Source of the DNA: Bacteroidia bacterium
GTDB lineage: Bacteria; Bacteroidota; Bacteroidia; CAILMK01; JACPUW01
Reading direction: 5' to 3'
Assembly: GCA_049115495.1 (NCBI GenBank)
Contig: JAGDZV010000002.1
Coordinates: forward strand, 217,458-281,457
DNA: 64,000 nt
The notes under the pieces were generated by a model. The model saw nothing but the letters and a program-made list of their open reading frames with translations. It made no database searches and was not told the origin of the DNA. The position numbers and the translations under genes were made by a program. Below are positions 31,522-39,263 of the stretch, in pieces; positions within the stretch are counted from its first letter, which is position 1, and the number at the start of each line of letters is the position of its first letter.

Positions 31522-32445
31522 ATGAGATTGGTTTTTATGGGTACGCCCGATTTTGCTGTTGCGAGTTTAGATGCTTTGGTAAAAGCAGGCCACGATGTTG
31601 CTTGTGTAATTACCGCGCCAGATAAACCTGCCGGAAGAGGAAGGAAACTAAGTCAGTCAGCGGTTAAGAAATACGCCGAAACTCAAAACCTAAATGTGTT
31701 ACAGCCCGAGAAACTGAAAAATCCCGAGTTTTTGCAAAATCTAGAAGCGCTAAATGCCGAATTATTTGTGGTGGTGGCTTTTCGTATGTTACCTGAAGTG
31801 GTTTGGAGCATGCCACCTAAAGGAACCTTTAATTTACATGGCTCACTTTTGCCAAAGTATAGGGGAGCGGCACCTATTAATTGGGCGGTAATTAATGGTG
31901 AAAATGAAACTGGGGTTACTACTTTTTTTCTTCAGCATGAAATTGATACTGGTGATATTATAGCCCAAGAGAAAATGCGAATAAGTGAAGATGACACTGC
32001 CGGCAGTGTGCACGACAATATGATGCTGATTGGCGCTGACCTTGTGGCTAAAACCGTAGAAATGATAGAGAGTGGAAATGTAAGTAGCATGCCACAAAAA
32101 ATTGAAGGCGAAATACCTCATGCACCAAAGATTTTTAGGGAAGATTGCAGAGTTGATTGGCAGCAATCTTTAAATACCATTTATAATAAAATACGCGGTT
32201 TGAGCCCTTATCCTGGTGCTTGGAGCATGCTTGATGGGAAAACTTTTAAATTGCTAAAGGTTAGAAAGCAAGATGAGAAACACAATTTTGATAATGGAGC
32301 TTGTGTTGCTGATAAACATGAATTGAAAATTGCATGTTTAGGTGGGCTTTTAATTGTAGATGAACTACAACTTGAAGGCAAAAAGAGAATGAAGGCTGAT
32401 GAGTTTTTGCGTGGGTTTGATATTGAAAATAAAAAGTTGATATAA
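31522..32445 (+). CDS. fmt: Methionyl-tRNA formyltransferase
   Basis: MRLVFMGTPDFA.., ..NLHGSLLPKYRGAAPINWAVING.., and C-terminal ..LQLEGKKRM... Confidence 0.93.
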   Translation: MRLVFMGTPDFAVASLDALVKAGHDVACVITAPDKPAGRGRKLSQSAVKKYAETQNLNVLQPEKLKNPEFLQNLEALNAELFVVVAFRMLPEVVWSMPPKGTFNLHGSLLPKYRGAAPINWAVINGENETGVTTFFLQHEIDTGDIIAQEKMRISEDDTAGSVHDNMMLIGADLVAKTVEMIESGNVSSMPQKIEGEIPHAPKIFREDCRVDWQQSLNTIYNKIRGLSPYPGAWSMLDGKTFKLLKVRKQDEKHNFDNGACVADKHELKIACLGGLLIVDELQLEGKKRMKADEFLRGFDIENKKLI

Positions 32446-32933
32446 TGCTATCGTTTGAAGATAAAACACTCAAAGAGCTAACAAAAAAGTTTGCAAAACC
32501 TGGCAAAGTTGAGTTGATCACCTACCGATCAGAACAATATACTTTGCCAAGCGAAATTGATAACATAATGGCAATTAAAGATCAGGGCCTAGATGGTGAT
32601 CATTATGCCAAAAAAGGAGGTAAACGGCAGGTAACTTTAATTCAAAAGGAACATATTGAAGCCGTTGCCAACATGATGGGCATGGATCAAATTGACCCAA
32701 AGCTGCTGAGAAGAAATATTGTAGTTAGCGGTATAAATCTTTTGGCACTAAAAGGGCATCAATTTAAAATTGGGGATGCGGTATTGGAGTTTGCTGGACC
32801 ATGCGTGCCATGCTCAAGAATGGAAGAAAACTTGGGTAAAGGTGGTTATAATGCCATGCGAGGCCATGGTGGTATTTGCTGTAGGGTTGTTGAGTCAGGT
32901 GATATTAAGGTTGGTGATGGCGTAGCAATTTGA
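32445..32933 (+). CDS. MOSC domain-containing protein
   Basis: ..RQVTLI..RRNIVVSGINL..F.IG..LEFAGPCVPCSRME.. with the conserved MOSC Cys. Confidence 0.78.
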   Translation: MLSFEDKTLKELTKKFAKPGKVELITYRSEQYTLPSEIDNIMAIKDQGLDGDHYAKKGGKRQVTLIQKEHIEAVANMMGMDQIDPKLLRRNIVVSGINLLALKGHQFKIGDAVLEFAGPCVPCSRMEENLGKGGYNAMRGHGGICCRVVESGDIKVGDGVAI

Positions 32934-33288
32934 ACTAAAAAATGATGAATTAATTAGTAAAAGCCATAGTTCCAGTTTAAAATAATGCCTGGTTATTTAC
33001 TCAAATTATGAATGTTAGAATTGTAAATGCAAATGGCTATTTAAAACAAGTAACTTAAGATTTTGACGAATTCTGTTCAAACATTTGAAGAGTTTGGCAT
33101 GATTTACAGTTATGAAGCATATTCCTTTTTAAGCTATTTGAATGTACATTAAACTATGAGTCAAGATGTATTTTGGTTTTTAAAGATTATGGCAAGCCTG
33201 AATACTTAGATGGAGAGATTGGAGAGTTTTACGTAACCTTGAATTTATTGTTAAAAGAGATTAGGAAAAAACGCTAATAGAGCTTATT

Positions 33289-34515
33289 ATGAGGAGTATT
33301 TTACTTGTTTTAGCAATTGCATTTACGCTTAATTTAAAAGCACAAATTCCTGAAATAAAGCCAAGCGCTGTGTATGCACTGAACTTTAGTAAAGAAGGTG
33401 AAGAACAGTTTAATAGAGATAGCGATACTATGAAAGCTATTTTTAAGAAGCTTTCAGAAGGTGCGTCTGAAGATGATCTTACTAAAAGTCAGATTGAAGT
33501 TTGGCAAAACTTTGATGAAACTATGGAAAGTTATTATCAGACCGAAGGAGGTGGCTGTAGTTGGTATTGCGGAGGCGGACCATATGAGGTTACGGGGTCA
33601 AGTTTTCTCAATTCAAGCGGAAGTATAGATTATAAACCTGAAAATGCGCACGATTTTAGTTTTAAATCGGCCTGGGTTGAAGGGGATGAAGGTTATGGTG
33701 TTGGCGAATACTTGCTTTATCATTTCAGTCCAGAATCGCCAAGAATTACAAGTATATCTGTTGCCAATGGATATGTTAAAAGTGAAACTGCATGGAACAG
33801 CAATTCAAGAGTGAAGAAACTGAAAGTATACTTTAATGAATATCCGGTTGCTATTTTGAATTTAGAAGACTCTAGAAGTCAGCAAGTTTTTAGGGTTGAT
33901 ACGCTTGGTCATGGAAATAGAAGGAATATGGATGATTTAAAAGCTTTGGGTGAGTGGAAATTGAAGTTTGAAATCTTGGAAGTTTATAAAGGAGATCTTT
34001 ATAAAGATGTCGTAATTAGCGAAATATCTTTTGATGGGGTAGATGTCCATTGTTTCGCCAAAGGAACTAAAGTGCTTTTAGCAGATTCGTCAGAATTAAT
34101 TATTGAAGACTTGAGATTAGGTGATACCATATTGAGCTATGACTTAAATACAAATAGACTTAAACAATCTATTGTTGAGAAAACAGAAAAAGTAGTTCAC
34201 ACCAATTTGGTAAGGTATGATTTTGAAAGCGGAAACTCAATTATTACAACAAGAGATCATCCATTTTTAGTGAATGTTAAAGGGTGGGCATCTCTTTTGC
34301 CAAAAAAGTCAAGTATTTATGAAGGTTTTGATGGTATTTCTAATGTCGAAGTTGGAGATGTTTTTATTCAGGCAAATTCAACGGATACTTTAGTTGCAAT
34401 TTCGCCAATTAAAAACCCCATGGAGACTTTTACAATATCAAGGCTTTCTCTAGGTAATACATTTATTGCTAATGGATTTATTGTGGGTGTAGAAACTGTT
34501 GCAATTAAACCATAA
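33289..34515 (+). CDS. Secreted two-domain protein: glycan-binding-like (CSWYC motif) N-domain plus a C-terminal Hint (intein/Hedgehog-type) domain
   Basis: Signal peptide MRSILLVLAIAFTLNLKAQ. ..GGGCSWYCGGGP.. jelly-roll-like region. Hint block A HCFAKGTKVLLADSSELIIEDLRLGDTILS (Cys255 = nt 34051-34053). Block B ..TTRDHPFLV... Terminal ..NTFIANGFIVGVETVAIKP* lacks His-Asn. Confidence 0.7.
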   Translation: MRSILLVLAIAFTLNLKAQIPEIKPSAVYALNFSKEGEEQFNRDSDTMKAIFKKLSEGASEDDLTKSQIEVWQNFDETMESYYQTEGGGCSWYCGGGPYEVTGSSFLNSSGSIDYKPENAHDFSFKSAWVEGDEGYGVGEYLLYHFSPESPRITSISVANGYVKSETAWNSNSRVKKLKVYFNEYPVAILNLEDSRSQQVFRVDTLGHGNRRNMDDLKALGEWKLKFEILEVYKGDLYKDVVISEISFDGVDVHCFAKGTKVLLADSSELIIEDLRLGDTILSYDLNTNRLKQSIVEKTEKVVHTNLVRYDFESGNSIITTRDHPFLVNVKGWASLLPKKSSIYEGFDGISNVEVGDVFIQANSTDTLVAISPIKNPMETFTISRLSLGNTFIANGFIVGVETVAIKP

Positions 34516-34906
34516 ACTTCTCCCTTTCTTCAGGTGTTGGCAGCCTACAGGTTTCTTTTTTACCAAACCATTTGTATCGATTTTCTGATACCCAATTGTA
34601 AATACGGTCTCTAAAGCCTTTTGGGAGAATTAAAAACACTTGCATCCATCTGTAATACCAAGGTAAATAGGCGCAAAGCTTTAAAACACCTGTTGATTGG
34701 TAATAGAGCTCGCCATCAATAAAGATTACAACGGTATCTAGCTTTTCAAGAATATTAGAAGGAATAATTTGTTTTGCGGTTTCGCCTTGCAAGGCGGCAA
34801 ATCTCAGTTGATTGTTATTGGCGTCAAGTTTAAAAAGAACATCAATAAACTTATTACAAAGGCCACAAACGCCATCAAAAAATATTATTGGACCTGCTTG
34901 ATTCAT
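34505..34906 (-). CDS. DCC1-like thiol-disulfide oxidoreductase (DUF393)
   Basis: ..IIFFDGVCGLCNKFIDVLFKLD.. is the family's CxxC N-terminus. 133 aa. Confidence 0.8.
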   Translation of the reverse strand: MNQAGPIIFFDGVCGLCNKFIDVLFKLDANNNQLRFAALQGETAKQIIPSNILEKLDTVVIFIDGELYYQSTGVLKLCAYLPWYYRWMQVFLILPKGFRDRIYNWVSENRYKWFGKKETCRLPTPEEREKFMV

Positions 34907-34933
34907 TGCTTTTTAAACTGCCAACAAAGGTTT

Positions 34934-35434
34934 TTAGTTCTGCTCTTTTTTGTATTCATAGCTAAGCATATTTAAAAACTTGGGTATGCAATCATCTTCA
35001 ATCTTTATGCTAGTAGCTTCTTTCTTTTTATTAGGTTCGTTTGTGTCAACCAATTCAGGGAAATAAAGCAATAAATCGCCAGATTGGGCGAAAACTTCAA
35101 TTTGTGCACTAAAGTCACTGATAAATCTACGGCCATCCTTTTTAACAATTACGGTCATTGGATCAATTTCGCATAGTTTGGTTTTTTGAGTAGTTACCTT
35201 TTCTAGCCCGTCTTCAATTTTTCTTTTAACAATAGGAAATTGCTTGTAGAAGACTTGTACCGTCACATCTTCATTGAATTTCAAAACAACGTTTGAGTTG
35301 TAGGCATAAGGCAAAAAGCTTTCAATTTTGCCTTTATTGTTGGTGTAGCATATTTCATTTAGTTCAACCTTATCTCTTTGGTAAAAAGAAAAACTTACCA
35401 GCAAAGTCAAAAACACAAGGGCTAAATACTTCAT
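34934..35434 (-). CDS. Hypothetical secreted protein
   Basis: Start taken at MKYLALVFLTLLVSFSF.. (signal peptide). The longer track ORF would overlap the upstream gene. Confidence 0.4.
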   Translation of the reverse strand: MKYLALVFLTLLVSFSFYQRDKVELNEICYTNNKGKIESFLPYAYNSNVVLKFNEDVTVQVFYKQFPIVKRKIEDGLEKVTTQKTKLCEIDPMTVIVKKDGRRFISDFSAQIEVFAQSGDLLLYFPELVDTNEPNKKKEATSIKIEDDCIPKFLNMLSYEYKKEQN

Positions 35435-35439
35435 AGATA

Positions 35440-35910
35440 TTAATTTGAAAATTGTTTTAAATGATGGTCTAAATGCTTGTAAATAAGCTTGCCCCATTCT
35501 TTTTTACTGAGTTTGCCAAAAACGCCATGTGGGTAAATTTGGCTTTCAGAATTAATAGAAACAAATTTTTCTAATTTGGCTATTAATATCTGTTTATCAT
35601 TTTCAATTTCAGTAGCTTTAGTACCTCCACGTTCTTGGTCAAGTTCATGTACAGTTTTAACTTTTTCGGGCGGCGCATCAATTATGTTTACCGCCAAATA
35701 TTTGACAAACGTTCTTGAGAAGAAAGTGCTTTTGTCGCGGCATTCAACTTCGCCCATGGCCATTCTAAGTTGATCAGCCAAATGGCAAATCATTTGATTT
35801 ACATTCATTTTTCCCCAAAGCTTTTTTGAATCTTGGTCAACAGACTTAATTCGCCTAATCATTTGATCACGATCAAATGAATTTAAAATACTTTTTGCCA
35901 TTGATTTCAA
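35440..35910 (-). CDS. DinB-superfamily / DUF1569-like protein
   Basis: ..KLWGKMNVNQMICHLADQLRMAMGE.. and C-terminal ..HLDHHLKQF, a four-helix-bundle His pattern. Confidence 0.65.
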   Translation of the reverse strand: MKSMAKSILNSFDRDQMIRRIKSVDQDSKKLWGKMNVNQMICHLADQLRMAMGEVECRDKSTFFSRTFVKYLAVNIIDAPPEKVKTVHELDQERGGTKATEIENDKQILIAKLEKFVSINSESQIYPHGVFGKLSKKEWGKLIYKHLDHHLKQFSN

Positions 35911-35941
35911 AGCTAAAGATTACAAGCTTTATAATTGAAAA

Positions 35942-36892
35942 ATGAATAGGCTCGAGCGTGTAACTTCTATATTACTGATGTTGCAAACCAAAAGAATATT
36001 AAAAGCTAATGAAATAGCTAAAAGGTTTGAAATTAGCTTAAGAACAGTTTATAGAGATATTAGTGTGCTTGAAGAGGCAGGTGTTCCTATAATAAGCGAA
36101 CCTGGCCTAGGCTACTCAATTATGAAAGGTTATACCTTACCGCCGGTGGCTTTTACTCAAGATGAAGCCAATACTTTACTTATAGCAGGTAAACTATTAG
36201 AACCATATTCAGATGTTTCGGTAAGAAAACATTTTGCAAGTGCCTTAGATAAGGTGAAAGCAATTTTGAACCTGCCAGAAAAAGATCATTTAGAAACGCT
36301 TGAACAAAGAGTTAAGGTGATTCAACAGTTTAACAATGCTCCAAACATTACAAAAAATTTGGTGAGTGTTCAACAAGCATTGGCAGATTCTCATGTAATT
36401 GAAATTGATTATCAGACGTCTTTCTCACAACAAAAAAGTACTAGAAGAGTGGAGCCTATTGGCCTTACTTTTTACAGCAATGCCTGGCATCTTATTGCTT
36501 GGTGTCAATTAAGAAAAGACTATAGAGATTTTAGAACCGATAGAATCCAAAGAATTGATTTTACCAAAAACTACTTTAAGAAAGCTGATCATAAGGGGCT
36601 TGAAGAATACCTGACGGAGTTAGAAAGGATTAACGCACTTTTTAAGGTAGTAATTGATGTAGGGCAAAAGCTTTATCCTTATTTAGAGAATCAAAAAGTT
36701 ACGTTGGGTTTGGTAAAAGAAGTTGAACATAATGGCTTTGTAAGAATGGAATTTATGGTAGGGAGCTTACATTATTTTGCTCAGACTTTATTAACATGGG
36801 GTGCGCACGCAAAAATTGTAGAGCCTAATGAGCTTAGCGAAATGATCAAATTCATGTTGCATGAATTAAATAGTTATTACAATTTTTCTTAA
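35942..36892 (+). CDS. YafY-family transcriptional regulator (HTH + WYL domain)
   Basis: N-terminal ..LLMLQTKRILKANEIAKRFEISLRTVYRDISVLEEAGVPI.. and central ..YSNAWHLIAWCQLRKDYRDFRTDRI.. (WYL). Confidence 0.85.
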   Translation: MNRLERVTSILLMLQTKRILKANEIAKRFEISLRTVYRDISVLEEAGVPIISEPGLGYSIMKGYTLPPVAFTQDEANTLLIAGKLLEPYSDVSVRKHFASALDKVKAILNLPEKDHLETLEQRVKVIQQFNNAPNITKNLVSVQQALADSHVIEIDYQTSFSQQKSTRRVEPIGLTFYSNAWHLIAWCQLRKDYRDFRTDRIQRIDFTKNYFKKADHKGLEEYLTELERINALFKVVIDVGQKLYPYLENQKVTLGLVKEVEHNGFVRMEFMVGSLHYFAQTLLTWGAHAKIVEPNELSEMIKFMLHELNSYYNFS

Positions 36893-36948
36893 GCCTACTG
36901 ACATACCCTTGTCACACCACTGTGATACTATTGACTTAAAAACAGAAA

Positions 36949-38157
36949 ATGAGCATTTACAAAAACAGTACACTTGAGCATGCAAGAGTTTCGATTAAAG
37001 AAAAGCAACTTGAAACCTACAGAAAGAATTACAATGATTTTTTGAAGGGAGTAAAACACCTGGATGGTAACATTGGTATTTCAACTTGGCAAAACATAAA
37101 CAGGCCCGCAGAGATTGTTGACCTTGGTGTTTGGGAAAATTTGGATTTGGCACACAAAGCAGATGCTTTTGTGCAGGAGTCAAAGCAGTTTACTGATTTT
37201 TTTGCTCCAATGGAATCAGTAGATAGTTTTGATCATTTTGAATTTATCGGTGAAATAGAAAAAATCATTCCAAGTGAAAATACCTTTCTTGAGATCTATG
37301 TTTATAAAATTGATGAGGCAAAATCTCATGATCATTTTGAAAAGAAAAGGGCTTTTGCCGCAATGCTTGATCAAAATGTTTCTGGATTTGTTCAGTATAG
37401 TTGGTTTAAGAGTTTGAATGACCCATCTATTCAGCTTGATCTTTATTGGTATAATAGAACAGAAGCAGAAATTGTTGAAAATGCTCAAATTGAGCAAAAT
37501 TCAGCTGCAGGAGCAATGATGCAAACCATAATATCAATGGATTGGTATGAAACATACTTGCCCTTTAAGGCTGAAATTGAAAAAGTTGACCTTCTAAAAA
37601 GCAATAAGGAATATTACCGAGCCAAGCTTAAGCCTGAGATTGTACCACTTGGTTGGCACAGTTTTATTAGTGTAAAAGGTAAAGGTGCACCTGAATCAAA
37701 GGCTTTTGAGGACGCCATGGGTTTTCTTTACCCAGTAGCTTATAAAACTAAGTTTAAATCTAAGGCGTTAGGCAGAGACTATGTAGTGCCAAAAATGGAA
37801 GGTTTTTGGTATGTTGAATCTGGAGAATTTGAAGATGCAGCCAGAGAAGACTGGTGTTGGCAGGTAATGATTCCATTGCCAGAGTTTGTGCATCCAAAAA
37901 CAGCTCAATTCATTATTAAAGAGTTGGGCTTTGAGTCAAATGTTTCTGTAGAGCTTCAAGAAGCTGGCACGCATGCACAAATGATGCATATAGGTTCATA
38001 TGATGCAGAAGAAGAAACATTAAAGGTGCTTCATTCATTTATTGATGATAGCGGCCATATTATGAAGGGGTACCATAGGGAGGTGTATTTAAAAGACCCC
38101 ATGCGTACTGAAGAAAGTAAGCTTAAAACTATTATCAGATACCAAGTTTCCAAATAA
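36949..38157 (+). CDS. GyrI-like small-molecule-binding domain protein with two N-terminal ABM-like (dimeric alpha/beta barrel) repeats
   Basis: The C-terminal half (..FISVKGKGAPE..YVVPKMEGFWYVE..WCWQVMIPLP..MHIGSYD..HREVYLKDP..) is GyrI-like. Calling the N-terminal 200 aa an ABM-like duplication is my inference. Confidence 0.65.
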   Translation: MSIYKNSTLEHARVSIKEKQLETYRKNYNDFLKGVKHLDGNIGISTWQNINRPAEIVDLGVWENLDLAHKADAFVQESKQFTDFFAPMESVDSFDHFEFIGEIEKIIPSENTFLEIYVYKIDEAKSHDHFEKKRAFAAMLDQNVSGFVQYSWFKSLNDPSIQLDLYWYNRTEAEIVENAQIEQNSAAGAMMQTIISMDWYETYLPFKAEIEKVDLLKSNKEYYRAKLKPEIVPLGWHSFISVKGKGAPESKAFEDAMGFLYPVAYKTKFKSKALGRDYVVPKMEGFWYVESGEFEDAAREDWCWQVMIPLPEFVHPKTAQFIIKELGFESNVSVELQEAGTHAQMMHIGSYDAEEETLKVLHSFIDDSGHIMKGYHREVYLKDPMRTEESKLKTIIRYQVSK

Positions 38158-38189
38158 AGAAAACGGCGGCCAAAAGGCCGCCGTTTTCT
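38158..38189. terminator. Bidirectional terminator between convergent genes
   Basis: Perfect 14-bp stem agaaaacggcggcc/ggccgccgttttct, loop aaaa, flanked by A/T runs. Confidence 0.8.
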
Positions 38190-38204
38190 TTATTGCAGGA
38201 TGTG

Positions 38205-38951
38205 TTAAACATCGTCTTTTTCTTCCCCTAAGTCGTCATAGCTAGTTTCTTCATCTGAGTCTTCAAACTCTTTTTCGTCTTCTTTCGAATGTGCTTCTTC
38301 TAAATGGTCCTCGTCAATATTGTCAATTGATGTAGCTTCTAAACCTACAAATAATCTTAATTTATGGGGTATTTCATGTTCATAATCTACATCAAAGGTT
38401 TCAGGTAGCTCTTTGTAAGAAGCGCCCATTTCTTCAAATCGCTTTTTGGTTTCGGTGCAAGCTTTGCCTGTTCCAAACTCCATATTTTCAATTACCTCTG
38501 GGCTGTATTCGCTCATGCCCAATAAATAATAGCCCCCATCTTTAAGTGGTCCAATAACAAAGTCTTTATTTCTTAAAAGCGCAAAGGCCTGTTTAATTCT
38601 TGCGCTTGTAAGTTCAGGGCAATCAGGGCTCATAATAATTACATGCTCATAGCCTTCATCAAATAAGGTTTTATATGCATTTCTCATTTTGGTTGCTAGA
38701 TCTCCTTCACCTTGTAAGTATTTGTCGTAATGATCATCACTCCAGTTGTCGTTCGCAGGAATAAACTCATTATAAAAAATCTTATTCTCACAAAAGTCAA
38801 GTTCTTGGGTTATTTCTCTAGTGTGTTTAAGAAGTTGCATGTACACCTTTAAGGCCATTGTATCCCCAATATCCTTTGCTAGTCTAGTTTTTACTTTGCC
38901 TGCAACTGGGTTTTTTGTAAAAACAACCAATGCGTTACTTCGGGCTTCCAT
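38205..38951 (-). CDS. DUF2064 / TIGR04282-like glycosyltransferase-fold protein with an acidic C-terminal tail
   Basis: ..ALVVFTKNPVAGKVKTRLA.. N-terminus. The last ~45 aa are dominated by D/E. Confidence 0.7.
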   Translation of the reverse strand: MEARSNALVVFTKNPVAGKVKTRLAKDIGDTMALKVYMQLLKHTREITQELDFCENKIFYNEFIPANDNWSDDHYDKYLQGEGDLATKMRNAYKTLFDEGYEHVIIMSPDCPELTSARIKQAFALLRNKDFVIGPLKDGGYYLLGMSEYSPEVIENMEFGTGKACTETKKRFEEMGASYKELPETFDVDYEHEIPHKLRLFVGLEATSIDNIDEDHLEEAHSKEDEKEFEDSDEETSYDDLGEEKDDV

Positions 38952-39263
38952 AGTGTTGAATTTTATGGTATAAAGTTAGCGTGAAATGCTCTTATTTTTA
39001 GCTTTATGATGAAAGAAAATGCCACTCTTCAGGATCTAATTAGAGATGTTATTCCAAAAAAGAGAATACTTTTCTAGATTGGAATTCTGTAGGGGTTAGA
39101 CCGTGTGTTTCGGTTGAATTAGGTGAAATATCGGTTAAGTTGCGTTTAAATTATGTTTAATCACATAGTTTCGTGAAAGTGAATTCTACAGTCGCCCTTA
39201 ATCTAATGTGAAATTTAAGTTAGGCAACGTATTTGATTCTTATTAACTATCAAACACACAGAA

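Noticed and set aside
31404-31625. 73-aa plus-strand ORF bridging the recJ-fmt divergent region
   Set aside because: It overlaps the starts of both recJ and fmt. Its Cys/Arg-rich translation looks random.
39082-39200. gaattctgtag ... gaattctacag repeat in the spacer upstream of the 39264 gene
   Set aside because: Only 6 bp (ctgtag/ctacag) can actually pair, and the gaattc parts are self-palindromes. This is too weak to call a structure or an operator.
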